NCBI RefSeq assembly: GCF_018350175.1 | Contig: NC_058368.1 | Location: 16,432,001-16,496,000, forward strand | Direction of reading: 5' to 3' | Source of the DNA: Felis catus | Taxonomy: Eukaryota | Length of the DNA stretch: 64,000 bases | Shown here: positions 41,572 through 55,783 of the stretch, in pieces | How the letters are laid out: each line of letters starts with the position of its first letter | How positions within the stretch are numbered: the stretch's first letter is position 1 | Made by a program: the position numbers and the translations under genes | Notes under the pieces: generated by a model | What the model was told of the DNA's origin: nothing | The model's input: the letters and a program-made list of their open reading frames with translations, nothing else | Databases searched by the model: none

Positions 41572-41929
41572 GGAGGGGATTTTAGCAGGAGAAGCAGGCT
41601 CCCTTTAAGGGACCGATCTTCTAACTAGAAGTTATTGAAGGAAAAGAGAGTGAAAATGGTGAGGTTAAGGACTGCAAAAATTCATTTTTTCCTTTGTAAT
41701 TTAATTTACAACTCATCCTGACAAGGGAACTACACAAAAGAACAACAGTCCCTGCTTTTCTCTTAATTTGAATTCTGCTCTGTGTCGTTGGGGTCCTGTC
41801 CTGTTACATAGAGTTGGAAATCTGATGTCTCATAGATTTGTCCTAAAATAATTATGTGAACTCAAATATGTAAATAAAGAATTTTTGAAGAAAATTTGAA
41901 ATAGCCAGCAGACTTTATATACCCAGTCA

Positions 41930-42245
41930 CCTTTATTTATTTGAGTATAGCTGACACACAATGTTACATTAGTTTCAGGGGTACAACAAAGTGATTCAAC
42001 TTCTCTATACATGATGCTATGCTCTCCACAAGTGTAGTTACCATCTGTCACCATACAACACTATTACAGTATCATTGGCGATATTCCTTACCCTGTGTCT
42101 TTTATTCCTCTGACTTATTCATTCCATAATTGGAAGCCTGTATCTCCCACTCCCTGTCACCCATTTTGCCCATCCCCCACCTCCCATCCCTCTTCCCTCT
42201 GGCAATCGTCAGTTTGTTCTCTGTATTTCTGGGTCTGGTTCTGCT
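41930..42245 (-). mobile_element. Carnivore LINE-1 3' UTR fragment
   Basis: tttatttgagtatagctgacacacaatgttacattagtttcaggggtacaaca...ccctctggcaatcgtcagtttgttctctgt. Confidence 0.85.
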
Positions 42246-42934
42246 TTAAAGCTACAACAGAAATACAAGGAAACATAAGAAAGATAAATGAATGTTATAT
42301 AAAATTTAAAATGTAAAATTCATTTTTATTAATTAGCATAAAGAATAAATAGTGAAGAATAACTAATCTTCTGTTTCAGAAAATATTCCCGTATACATAT
42401 GTATTTTAGAAATCAATTAGAACTTTTAGAGGAAACTATAATAAAACAGAAGCAATATAGGGGGAGGCAATTCTAGTTTTTTTTTTTTCATTACTACTCA
42501 CAGTAAACAAAAATGTCAAATTCAATAACCTAAATTTGAACCTTCTCCATTCCATACTTGTTAACATCCAGAAAGATTTCAGTAATGAAAAAAACATTCT
42601 CAAATTATAATAATTACAACATATTATGTCTGTAGAAGGGACTCTCCAGTTGCCAGTTAAAATATCCTTGGTTGGGGAAAAGCTGTGTAGGTACAGAAGC
42701 CGAATAAAACAAAACCAAAACTATCTCCTGTGTATACAAAGCTTATTATGAGTTATAGGATACAAGATAAGTGTATTTCCTTTAAGAACAACTGTCACTA
42801 AAAGATAAGGATTCAAGATTTGGGGAAGGAGATGTTAGTGGAGAACGAGGTAGGTAGTCTGTTCGTTACTGGTACACAAGTTATAGTCTGAAGCATTATT
42901 TAGTAAGGCATTTATTAAAAAGGCTGACTTTTTA

Positions 42935-44073
42935 AAAATACTTTCATTTTTTAGATCAGTTTTAGGTTCACAGCAAAATGAGGGGAAGGTACAGACATTT
43001 CTTAATGTACTCCCTACCCCCACATGCATAGTTTCCCCCATTATGAATGTCTCCCACCAGAGCACCACATTTGTTACAACTGATGAGCCCGTATTGACAA
43101 ATCATAACACCAGAAGTCTGTAGTTTATCTTAGAGCTCACTCTTGGTGTTGTACATTCTATGGGTTTGCACAAATGTATAATGACACGTATCCATCATTA
43201 TGGTATCACACAGAGTATTGTCACTGCCCTAAAAATCTTCTATGCTTTTATATCCCTTCTCTCCGCTAAGCCTTGGCAACCACTGCTCTTTTTACTGTCT
43301 CCCTTATTTTGCCTTTTTCAGAATATCATATAGTTGGAATCACATAGTATGAAGTCTTTTTGGATTGGCTTGTTTCACTTAGTTATATCATTTAAGATTC
43401 CTCTATGTCTTTTTTCATGACTTGTTCATTTCTTTTTATCACTGTATAAATTCAATTGTCTGTTATATGTACCACAGTTTACTTTTCCATTTACCTACTG
43501 AAGGACATCCTGTTGTTTATTAGTTTCAGGAGGTTTTTTTGTTTTGTTTTGTTTTGTTTTTGGTTATTTTTTTCTCAGATTTTCTGCATAGATAATTATA
43601 TCATCTGCAAAGACAGTTTTATTTCTTCCTTCCCAATCTGCATACCATTTATTTTCTTCTCTTGTCTTACTGTATTAGCTATAATTTCCAGCATAATGTT
43701 GACAAGGAGTGCTTAAAAGGGACATCCTTGCTTGATCTTAGTGGAGAAGCTTCAATTTTCTCAGCATTATATATGATGTTACGGCAGGTTATTTATAGAT
43801 ATTCTTTATGAAGTCAAGAAAAATCCTCTCCATTCCTAGTTAACTGAGTTTTTATCATGAATTGATGTTGGATTTTGTCAAATGCTTTTTCCATGTCTAT
43901 TGAAATGATCATGCAACTTTATTTTTTACATCTTTACATATGATGGGTTACCTTAATTGGTTTTGAATGTTTAACCAGGTTTATATACCTGGGATAAATC
44001 CTGCTCAGTTGCAGTCTATATAACTCTTTTGATAGATTATTGGGTTTGATTTGCTAATATTTTGTTGAGGAAA
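42935..44073 (-). mobile_element. Old LINE-1 (L1MC-like 3' UTR joined to an internal ORF2 piece)
   Basis: ttttaggttcacagcaaaatga...cttggcaaccactg ... atcatctgcaaagacagtttt...gatttgctaatattttgttgagga. Confidence 0.85.
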
Positions 44074-44454
44074 AAGGTTGCTTTCAAGAATATAATTAGA
44101 ATTCAATTTTCATCATAATTCTTAAGAGTTTGCCTTGATTATTTGATTTACTTATAAGATTTTTGTCTTAAAGATTAATATTAGAGTTTTCTGGTTTTCA
44201 GGGTCTTGCATCATTGGTATAAGACTATTTTATTAAGTTAGTTGATTTTTTCAAGACCTTCATTCCCTCAAACCTATTCCCTTTAGTTTATCATATATTT
44301 CCTTTCAGTGTTACCATATTTAAAATAAATAATAACATTAGTCTCATAAGGTCTCAGTCAAAATTATATAAGAAAGTTGTGAATAATGCTTACACTATAA
44401 TGAACATACATATATTCTATGGAATTTGTATAATATCTATTAATACATTCAAAG

Positions 44455-44865
44455 TAGTTTGGTAGTGCTGCCATTAAAAAAAAAGTACCATAGGCTGGAT
44501 TTCTGAAACCACAGAAACTTATTTTATCACAGTTCTGAAGGCTAGAAGTCCAAGATCAAGGTGTGGGCAGATTTGTTTTCTTCTATGACCGTTCTTCTTG
44601 GCTTACAGATGGCGACCTCCTCACTCTGTCCTCGCCTGGCTTTTCCTCTGTATGTGTGCATATGGTATCTTTCTCTGTATGTGCAAATTCCCTCTTCTTA
44701 TAAGGACACCAGTCACATTAGATTAGTGTCTGCTTTACTGGCCTCATTTTAACTTAATTACCTCTTGAAGGCCATATGTCCCAATAGAGTCACATTTTGA
44801 GATACTGGAAGTTAGGGCTTCAGCATTATGAATTTTGGAAGAGGGGGGCATAAATCATCCCATAA
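44455..44865 (-). mobile_element. MLT1 solo LTR
   Basis: cacagttctgaaggctagaagtccaagatcaaggtgtgggcag...cctcttcttataaggacaccagtcacattagattag. Confidence 0.88.
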
Positions 44866-47079
44866 AAACATTCCACCTAATTGCTGTAAACATTATTGAA
44901 ATTGCCTTCCAAATAATATTAAAGTAATAGGATTTGGGTGATGCATTGGATCTTCTGTACCTTCTATAGATGACAAATGTGGGACTGACATAACATGATA
45001 AAGGTAACATGTTAAAAGTAAAATAACTTACTGATACCACCCAGAGTTAGTGTTTTTACAGATTTATTATTGTTACTTCCCTGACTGAAAATTTATCACC
45101 AGGTGAATGAGAAAAAAAAAAGTTCAAATTCTTTTGGAAAGCCAGGAACTGCCAATACCACAAATATTATCTCATATGCTGAATATTGCTCTCTACAACT
45201 GCCCCCCTCCACTATTTTTCTCTGAGTATCTCAAAATTATTTGCTTATGAAGGCCTTTCTAACAATTTTTGATTGCCTATTGTGAAAGCAGTTCAAACCA
45301 CAGCAATTTCAACATATTTTGCATGAAAATTTAGTGGAGCATTTCTTGATGTATTAGAGCAAAAAAAAAAAAGCATCATCAATGTTCTTTCACTGCTTAA
45401 CTAGGTAATTTGGTTCAGTGCAAGTAATGAAGTGTAGTTAATATGGTTAGTTAAAAAAAATCTCTTGCTGTAGTTTTCTTATAATTAAATCATTCTCTAA
45501 ATGCTAAGCAGCATTTCTCCCATTTGTTTCTGTCGATAATTTATAATATATTAAATGCCTGGTTAAATTAATTAAAATATTAATATTTCCTATGAAGTCT
45601 ATAGAAATTGCTTCACCTCATTTAGATTAATTATACTTTAATTTTCAAAAGTATTAAACATTTCCATAACATGGTATCTTATCTATTTGTACACACACAC
45701 ACACATACACACACACATACACACACTCATCTGAAATACAAGTAATTTGTTAGGCAACCTTGATCCATCTGAAACCTAAGAAAGTAAAAAATGGTCTCAG
45801 AGAAGTTGATAAATGTCACAGTATTCAGGCATTAAATCTTTTGCATGATACTTATAAAGGGGTCCTCAGGCCTTTTCTCAGATAAGTTTGCCTTTGTTTT
45901 CTCACACTTCTACCTGGAGTAGTTACTGGATTGATTGATCCCAAATTGAGTATGACAGGTAAATATAAAAGTGCAGCTGCATTAACTCTAACAAGAACTG
46001 ATAATTGAAAGCTTAAGGGTGAGGACAAAGACCTCAAAACTATGAAAAAGACAGATGTCTTTTATCATTTCATAGGGGCTAAAAAAGCTATGAATATCAG
46101 TGTTTAAAAAACCTTAAGCTTACAACTAGACCATGGAGTGTGATAACTGAGGTTCATTCCAAAGCTCTGAATTATAAAGAAAGGGTTAATTACATATTTT
46201 ATATTTTTAGCCAATGGTTTTCACACAAATTGATTACACTGTAAGCAAAAAAGTGTTGTTGCTTAAAATTCAACTGTTTGGAACATTATTTGCATTACTT
46301 TTAGGTCTCTTCATTCTCCAATATTCTTAGATAAGCGTTTTTCTTGCCTATTCATTCACCGTCCTTTTCAAAATGGTTTGCCAAGATTCTAAGACACTCA
46401 ATCTGCACAGTCACCATATAGAAGCTAGATTACTGGCCTTATCACAAAGGCCACTGCTGTTTACATTGTCCTGGGATATTGATCATTTTACCTTGACAGA
46501 AAAAGCTGCAAAACTCAAATCTCTGCCTGTAGAGCCAGAGTCCCAGCCAGAACTGTGTCAGCAACCAGTGGCCCATGAAGAACAATAAAATAGTAAGTAA
46601 AACCGGAATGGAAAAAGATGAGAAAGTACATAGGAAGGACAAAAAATAAAGTGGTTCGATACAATAATATCTCAGTTATATTTTAATAGCCATTACAGCT
46701 TCCTGGCACCTAAGCTGTAATCACATGATCAATGCTATGTAAATAATATTTATAGCCATTTGTTGGAACAGATATGAGTCAAAGTGAATAAGAGGTAGAG
46801 ATGGAAATTAATCGATGTTGTTAAAAGTACTTTATTTTATTTTATGTTATGTTAAATATTTAGTCAAAATAATTAAAAGCAAAATCATACAAAATAATTG
46901 TATTTTTGATAGGCTTGTCTAAATATTATTTAATACTATATCCCTTCCACCTCAAGGGAGCTGTTTACTTTCTTTTGTCCTTCCCTATGGTATTTACCAG
47001 TGCCATAAACACAAGGGACAGAAAACAAAAATTACACGCAAGACTTTGTTCCTTTCTCCTCACCAATGATCAAGTCATT

Positions 47080-48082
47080 CTGTAGCACAGACTGGGTGGC
47101 TTAAACAAGAAACACTTATTTCTCATAGTTCTGAAGGTTGGGAAGTCTAATGTACCACAGATAAGGTGTCTGGTGAGACCTCATATTCTTGCTGTATTCT
47201 CACACAGTGGAAAGAAGACGAGGGAGTTCTCTGGAGCATCTTTTATAAGGGCACTAACCCCATTCCTGAGGGATCCCCTCTCATGCCTAATCACCCGCCA
47301 AAGGCCCCGCCTCCTAATACCATCACATTGGGGTTAGGTTTCAAAACATGAATTTTTTGAGCAAACATAAACATACAGTCCATATAGTGGACCGGGGATT
47401 TGGACAGGGCTGGGTTGGTTGATTCTTCTGTTCTACGTGGTAAAAACAGAAGTTACTCAGCAGGACTCAGCTAGAAAACGGCCGGGTGTGCATGTGGGTA
47501 CGGAGAGGGGGATGGTCAAAGCTGGCTTTTCTTACAACTCTTGTCACTGCAGTGAAGGGTTGGAAGGCTGGTCTCCACTATGACTATCAGTAAGCATGAT
47601 TATGTGACTACTCATTGCCTGTCCAGTGTGGTGGCCTTAGGACAGACTTCTTTTTTTTTTTTTAATTTTTTTTTTAACGTTTATTTATTTTTGAGACAGA
47701 GAGAGACAGAGCATGAACGGGGGAGGGGCAGAGAGAGAGGGAGACACAGAATCGGAAGCAGGATCCAGGCTCTGAGCCATCAGCCCAGAGCCCAACGCGG
47801 GGCTCGAACTCACAGAGTGTGAGATCGTGACCTGAGCTGAAGTCGGACGCTTAACCGACTGAGCCACCCAGGCGCCCCAGGACAGACTTCTTACATGGCA
47901 TCTCAGGTTTCCCACAGAGCTTACATAGAAGCTGCAAGGCTCCTGACAACTGAGCCTTGGGAGTTACAAAAAGTCACTTCTGTTGCATTCTGTTGGTCAG
48001 GCAAGTAGCCAAGGCAGGCTCTGAGCAGAGAGAAGGGTAATTAGAAGGCACCTCAATTTGCAGCCATCTCTCATCTACCACA
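47080..48082 (-). mobile_element. MLT1A-like LTR (47080-47388) beside an older MLT1-like LTR carrying a young SINEC_Fc (47653-47878)
   Basis: cagactgggtggcttaaacaa...ttttataagggcactaacccca; older LTR motifs gaagctgcaagg...cacttctgttgcattctgttggtca; SINE TSD aggacagacttctt at 47639-47652 and 47879-47892. Confidence 0.82.
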
Positions 48083-51000
48083 TCAGGCTTTGGAGATGAT
48101 GGATATAAAATAATCAAGGATGGCTCAGGTTTCTAGCATGACTAACTGGGAGTGCCTCCTACTTATCAGAGATGACATAGGAGGACCAGGCTTAAAGAGA
48201 AGGATAACGACTTCATCTTTGGATAATAAGAGTTTGAGAAAATGATAAAGGTAATATTGATTTATATAGTTAAATCACAATTAAATAGCACAGGATTTTA
48301 TAAAATTCATATGCCTTTGGGACCTGATCTTTGTGTTTTTTTTCTCTCATCTTCTATCACACCCCTGACTTGTGATCCTTTTACTCAGCACTCCTCTGTT
48401 CCAAGCACTGGGCTTCCAGTGCTAATCAGGTCAGAAAAGATGATACGTAGACAGGTGAGGGAGGCAGATAAAAAAATAATTAAACACACAAATGAATAAA
48501 ATGATTTCAGATTTTGTTAAGGGCTAAGAAGGTAATAGCATTGTGATATGAAAGGAAATAACTAAGGGTGTGGGGGGAGGAAGAGGGTAGTAATTAGATT
48601 GGGTGTTCTGGAAGTCTTCACTGAGGTGATAATATGAGCTGAGACATCACAAAGAAGCCATCCACACACACCAGGTAGAGGGAAAGGCTGGAGAGAGGCC
48701 ATGGGGTGGCAATGAGGACAGAGGACAATGAAGACACTCTCTTTGCTCTCTTTCTTGCCTCCATGATCTGCACACATGATCTGTAATGTCTTGTTTTGAC
48801 TTCTTTGCTTGGGTCACTCCTATTTTTCTACTGACACTCAGTTAAGGCACTTTCTTTTCCAGGAAGCATTCAGCGGAGTTAGGAACCAATTTCCAGGGCT
48901 TTAGGAAGTCAGCTCCACCATAGCTTCTGTGACCCACACTGAGACAGCCATTCATTTATCTTCCATCCTTACCTAATAATCTGGTAGTTATTTTGAGGGC
49001 AAGACTTTTGTCTTTGATTTCAGCATCACCAGCGAGTAGCAAACAGTAAGGGCTCTCTTCAATGAGTAAGTGATGACCAAATAAGGAAGGGAGAAAGGGA
49101 GGGAGGGGCAGAAATGAAGAAAACATCAGGAGTGTTCTTATAAGAGGAGGTAACATATGAAGTGTTAGTGAGATCTGGCTACGGTGATAGTTTTAGTTCA
49201 TGGCCAGCATTTGCTGCATGGTTAAGTACTGCAATGCATACACGTGGACTTTATTTTATTATCTAAGTAAGAGTAAAATTCCAGATTCTAGGAAACTTCT
49301 AGAAGAATTCTAAACTTGGCCTAGGGCTTGCTGTCACCTCCGTTTTTGGCACAGAATAGAAACTCTGTAAACATTTGTGGAATTAATGGTACCTGGAGGG
49401 AGAAAGAGCATCTCTTGGCCAGGGCCCCTGACCCTCCTCTGCTAGCTTCCTTGTGGGTTTACTGCCAACAAGATTTCTACCCTCCGCCCCCCCCCACCCC
49501 GCCCCCACAAGCTGCCCACCAGGTAAAGAGGAGAATGTGGCCAAAGAGCTTCCAGGCTGCATGTCCCAGAGCCTCCGAGAAAAAGTTCCTGAACTTAGAG
49601 AATGCCATGGAGAAATACAATAGTGTCTATCATTTAAAACTGAAGCAGTCCTGTGGTCAAAGGGAAAGCAGGCCTTTTTACAAACATTCAGGAAGCAGAC
49701 AGCCTGGGAGCTTGAGTCAAGATGAAGGTAAAAAGAAAACCATGGAGGAAGAAGGCCTTAGTTTTTTGCTGTGGCTGCAGAGGGCAGGCCACTGTGTTCT
49801 CCTAAAGCTGAAGGAAAAAAGGAAATGGAAAGTTACAGAAAGCTCAAGAAAATAATCCTATGTGACTGTTTCACCAGTTCTGTACTACCTAGAAGCAATC
49901 TGTAAACTTAACACAGCTTCAGAATCATGAATCACCAAATTACAGCACAGGCATCCCAGAGGGTTTTACTGTACATTGCTGATTCCAAGAATTCAAGCAA
50001 ACAAAAAAACAAACAAACAAACAAACAAAATAATCTCTATTTAGAAAAGTTGTGACTGTTCCTCATATGGTCAAAGCAAGGGTCAGGATAAGCTAAAAAG
50101 TTTCCTCTCTGATGCATAATTTATAAGGGACCTTGAGCAGAAGTTTGTATCTCAAAGCCATCAACATTTCTTGTGAACAGTGTTTGTGTTTTATAGATTT
50201 CCAAGACAATCTACTGGGTTTTTGTAATTTTCTGGGAAATAATGTTGGTTGGAATAAGCTGTTAAGTGGGTAATTTCAAAAACTGGTAACTCTTAGTTTT
50301 GCTTAGTGATTAGAGACAGAGAAAATATGAGCAGTGATAATGACCCAGGAAAAATAACCCTAAGATGTAAATGTGAATTTTGTGCAAAAGAAACAAAAGA
50401 AATGGATCTCCATTTAAAAGATCCCATCTCAATAATGGAAAACAGGTGACCTTACTGCTACCCTTGCCTGTCAATCACCATGGAGATGGAAGGACCAGTT
50501 TCATACAGAAGAGTAATTCATTTGAATACTGAGAGAAGGTGTCTGATACACAGTGGATTTTTCAAAGCTATTATCATTAAATTTATGTTTTTAGTTTATA
50601 TCTGTGGCAAATGAAAGCTACATTGAAAGTGTTGCTAATCCTGAGGGTATTTGCATTTTTGTCAGGTGAATAGAAGAATATACTTCTTTGAAAATAAATT
50701 GCTCAACCCTTTCCTTTTTGTACTTATTTAAAGCAGTATCAAATAAAAGCTATATTTTATATCTAATTTAAAGTTAAGACTAGCTATTTTACGTTTCATA
50801 AGATACTCATCTGTCACTTGCTCATGAATGCAGTTTAAAAGGATACATTTATACAATGTTTTGGACATATACAATTTAATATTTAATTGTGGGAAAAGCC
50901 TAATCATTTTCAGATTCGAATTAGAAGAAAGTGGTTGCATATCATTAAATGAGTTGCAAAAAAGAAACAAAACCCTTGAACTTTTGAATTCCAAGCTCTA

Positions 51001-52635
51001 AAAACCTAGTGTTAAATTAAATGCCTAGTGACCTGTCATAGTTCTGTCAGCCAGGCTGGTGAGTCCTGAACAGGCATTTGCTTCAGCCATGACACAGAAG
51101 CAGGTCCAAGGATGTTTGGTCCCTACTGGGCTGAGGCACGGGAGGGAGTCTGTGAGCCATGTTGTCTCCGCTTGGCAACAGCAGGTGTGAGCATATATAT
51201 GAGAACAGAGAGGCAGAGGCCTAGAAATCGGTCAGTGAGCTTGCTCAAGAGAACAGTGGGAAAGAGAATTCAGCTGGAGGAATGCTGCTTTTTATCACTT
51301 TCACAAGTCTCATAGTTATTTGTAGCACTCAGTGTAGCCTTATGCATTCAAATCCTACTGTATGCCTCACTTTTTTAATGAGTGCTATGATTCAGTTCCT
51401 GATTCTGAGGTGCAGCAGGATAGTGATTCCAATGCCTAACATATATTGAAAAACGCAAGCCGGAAGAACAAATTCAAATCAAACCCATATACAATATGAG
51501 TTACTTCTGAGAGTCTATAATGGAAGCATTAGAATATGGACAACCTTAAGGGTTGGAATAAAATTTATACATTATATATTTTTGATGAGAGTGTATGGTT
51601 TAATATAAATGGGTCAGTGTACTGACTATACCGATAGACTGTAAGAAGGATAAACTTATCTTTGACATATAACAATGTAATGGGAGCCACGAAGCTTAGA
51701 TGACTATTCGTTACAAATATTAAAATGTTTAATGACGAAGCCTACCCTTTTTGCTGCATAGTATACAACAGGATGATGCATAGCATTTTCCTGTATGTGT
51801 TTGGTCTTTCATATTGGGGGCCTATGAGGGGATAAAAACAGTGACAATGATAGTGATAGTAATAATTAATAATAGTAGATAGCTACCCTTTCCTGGGTAA
51901 ATATACCAGGAAGTATGCTAAAGTCTGGGCTTGCATTATCTTGAAAAACGAAACAGAAACAAAGTACAAGAAACAAAACAAAACACCTTTCCTAGTGCTG
52001 TAGGCATTGTACTGGAGGAAGTAAAACTAAAGGCAAGTTCAGTTGGAGAAATAAAATGTGAAAACAAGAAGCAAAGCAACATGCACAATAAAGCTACCAT
52101 AACAAGAGAAAGCAATAATTAATTTTGACTTGAGAATAGATGAAGGGAAGCCTTCCCACGGAAAGTGGTATTTGGAAAGAGATCTGAAGGACATAAATGT
52201 TTTCAAAACAGTTCAAAAACAATGAAGAGAGAAAAAAGAGAGTAACATGGTAAATAAAATCAAATTGAATTTAAATAAATCAGTATATGTTAAATAAGTA
52301 AACCAAACAGTGGCAAAGGTATTTTCAAGTTTACTTATACAAATGAGTCTCAAAGTTATTTCAGTAGGGAAATCTCAGTTATGAGGAAAGCATCATATGC
52401 AGTACCTTCTCATTTTTCTCCCTAGCACTACTCTCTTTGCCATTCTCCTATAGTAGTTATTTGATGTCCATGAGACAGTGTCTCTATAGGATGAGGTGTG
52501 TGTCCCTCCAAGTCATCCATACTTTGATGTGGAATTTACCAGGCACAAGGAAGTTATGAAAGCTATATTTTAGACACCATAAACTTGAACAAGAGTGAAA
52601 AAGGAGGCAAACGCAAGATTAAAAAACAACGAATT

Positions 52636-52637
<2 letters not shown>

Positions 52638-52667
<30 letters not shown>
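52638..52667 (+). repeat. (TAA)n microsatellite
   Basis: About 10 TAA units. Confidence 0.95.
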
Positions 52668-53191
52668 GTGATCAGCTCCTCTGCCTACTTTGTAGCAAAA
52701 GCAAAGCTTTGCATGGCTGCAAGCCAGCCATCCAAATCTGCTGTAGGAGACAGCCATTGTTGGCCAGTGCCATCCCAAGGTTTTGATACAAAAGCCAGGG
52801 AGCAACATTGTCATTGATTTCTCTGTAATTTTCTTGTTGGAGATGGGCAGTGATGTACCCTTGAGGATTGGCAGTTTCCAAAAAAAAGTACATACTTAGA
52901 GTGCTATTTTTCCTTAACTACTACTGGCATCTGACTACGGGTCTCCAGAGGGAGTTTCTCATGTAGATTTCAGATAGATAGAGAGCATGGGTAGTATGTT
53001 TTATTCATTTTTAATATGAAATCCATACTAGTCCAAATTTAAACATTTATTGCTCCTTTTCAAATAAAATTTGAATTAAAAAAATTTTGGCATTATAAAC
53101 TTACCATTAAAGAGTTTATAGAATAACAAAACAAAACTTATGATATACAGTTAAGTCTGGTTGTAGGTAGTTTTAAGAATACAAATTTCCT

Positions 53192-53406
53192 GGGGCGCCT
53201 GGGTGGCTCAGTCGGTTGGGTGTCCGTTTTAGCTCAGGTCATGATCTCGCGGCTTATGAGTTTGAGCCCCGCGTTGAGCTCTGTGCTGACAGCTCGGAGC
53301 CTGGAGCCTGCTTCGGATTCTGTGTCTTTCTCTCTCTGCCCCTCCCCCGCTCACACTATGTCTCTCTGTCTCTCAAAAATAAATAAACATTAAAAAAATT
53401 TTTTAA
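53192..53406 (+). mobile_element. CAN-SINE
   Basis: TSD aagaatacaaatttcct at 53175-53191 and 53407-53423. Confidence 0.95.
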
Positions 53407-53478
53407 AAGAATACAAATTTCCTTTGTTTCTGCTCCATTTATTATTTAACTGCTCCTCCCATTGACCAACCTTCTTTT

Positions 53479-53510
53479 ATTTTTTTGTTTTTTGCGTGAA
53501 TCTCTTCTTT

Positions 53511-53549
<39 letters not shown>

Positions 53550-53600
53550 ATACATATATATACATATACACATATATACATATATATGTGTATATATATA

Positions 53601-53673
<73 letters not shown>

Positions 53674-53880
53674 GTCAAGTCGGCTAACATACAGTGTATG
53701 CAGTGTGTTCTTGGCTTGGGGAGTAGATTCCAGTGATTCATCACTTACATACAAATCCCAGTGCTCATCCCAACAAGTGCCCTCCTCAAAAACCATCACC
53801 CATTTTCCCCGTCCCCGCCTTGTTCCCTCACCCCCATCAACCCTCAGTTTGCTCTCTGTATTTAAGAGTCTCTTATATGC
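53479..53880 (-). mobile_element. Short feliform L1 3' end with compound (TA)n/(TG)n tail
   Basis: 3' UTR homologous to 5150-5290; microsatellite at 53511-53665; degenerate TSD ccaaccttctttt (53466) / ccaatcctctttt (53881). Confidence 0.88.
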
Positions 53881-55349
53881 CCAATCCTCTTTTGATGCCC
53901 TCCCCTTCACATCCCTTTCTCTCCCACCCAGGGGATCCCCTGGTTGTGTTAGGGCTATATCCTCTGTGGTTCCCCTGTCCCCAAACCTACCCCATAGGTC
54001 TCCTTTCTGACAGTAGGTTTGGTTCTTGATTCCACATCAAGCAGTTTTGAATAAATCAAGAAACATAAAATCATAAATCTTGAGGGCTTTACAGACCTTT
54101 TATTCTGGAATATTTGGAATCAACTGAGTTCACCATGCTATGGATGGCATCTGATTGACATGAATCTCTTCACATTTCTCTCATTGCTCCATGACAAGAT
54201 AAACAAAAGATAAGAAGGACTGTTGAAGTGTTGATTTTTCTCCTGACTCTTTAGCAACTCTATTAGTTAATTTATAAGACAGAACCCAGATTAGTACCAA
54301 ACTTTAAAGTTAATGTTGCAAAGCTGTTTCAAACTTTCCCAAAAGGGAAAATTAAGTTGAAAAAAAATATGCTGTTGACTATGTACAGATTATTTTTTTC
54401 ACTTTAATTTGAGAGAGTAATAAAAAGATTGAGTTGTAATGCTTTCACACAAAATAATGTATTTCACTGCTTTCTATTATTATTCATCACCTAGGCTTCT
54501 TTAATTTGGACTAGTTACTTCACAACGTGTTCAATCATGTGCAACTGAAACTAGGTAAGGTCTTTGCTGTGAAAATATGTAAGGAATGCAACAAGCTCTC
54601 CACACACATGCACTCACCTTACAAATATTAGGAAAGAACAATGGCAACATATAAGTGATTTTAACTGCCATAAATTCTGTATCTGCAAAAATTATACCAG
54701 GAACCAAGAGACTAGTTCCTTGTTGAAGACATGTCTTCAATCATGCTCGCCTTTATCTAATACACAAGGAAGAGAATCTGTTCCAAGGAGGTGGATGCTT
54801 GGCTCTGTTTTTTTCCAGCTTCCTTTGACACTATTCATTTTGATAAGTAACATTGGAATGGGGTTCTGGCTTCTAGTCCCGGTGAAGGGGACTTTCCCTG
54901 CTTTTTCCTCAGAGTGAGACTAAAGAGATTATTTTTTGAAGGAAAAAAAAGTGGGTTAAGGAAGATAGGAAAAGGATTTCTGCCCTCTTTGAAGAAATCA
55001 AATGCTTTATCACGATGCAAAAATTAAAAAAAATCTTAATGTTGAAATGCATGGCTAAATTTTGAAGAAGCTGAGTCATGAAATAAACTCATGTGCTCAA
55101 CTGAACTAGGCTAGGACCTCCACTTTGATCAGATTTACCCCATGTTCATGGGGATGACGTCTAGGTGAAGGCAATGGTGTGTGATGGTTAGAGCGGCTTG
55201 CATAGTTAAGACCTGGATTTGCACCCAGACCCCAACATTTAACAGTGTTAACAATGCACATCATTCAACACTCAAATTCCTCACAGGAAAAAAAATCATA
55301 CTTTATAGGTTTGTTTTGGAGGTTTCAGTGTAATAAACATGTTAACAAC

Positions 55350-55783
55350 TGTAAAAGGTGAAATGAAATAGAGTCACTTGGGTCAAGAGGTTTTAAAAGG
55401 GACCTGGGAGGCCATTAAAGAGGTAGGCTTTATGCATGTACTCACGAGGGTAGAACTGTTAACTTTTGAACTGGGCCAAAGTGCAAATATTCCAAGGACT
55501 CTGCAGGGGAAATCTGCAACTTGCTATCATAATGGACTTTTGCTTAGTGATGGCCATAGCAACCAATTATGTTTAGTCAAGATTAGTTCTCTGCCATCAG
55601 CACCTATCAAACAACTTATCCAAGGATTCCTTTCTGTCTTTAAAAACCATTGACTTTTGTTCCCTGGTTCCCTAGAATGCAATTTGGGTTGTTACTCAAA
55701 TCTGTGCTCCCCAGATTGCAATTCTGAGACCTCAAATCAATCCTTTTATTTTATTTCAGTTCTGCCTCTTTTCTTGGCCGACA
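55350..55783 (+). mobile_element. ERV1-like solo LTR inserted into a MIR
   Basis: Begins TGT and ends ACA; 4-bp TSD caac (55346-55349 and 55784-55787); MIR-like sequence on both sides (~55175-55345 and ~55788-55815). Confidence 0.72.

Noticed and set aside
49328..49855. 175-aa plus-strand ORF
   Set aside because: Non-AUG start, no recognisable domain, and its poly-Pro comes from a C-run; consistent with a chance ORF antisense to TRPC4.
53442..54029. Overlapping 98-182 aa ORFs
   Set aside because: Produced by stop-free dinucleotide repeats and L1 3' UTR.
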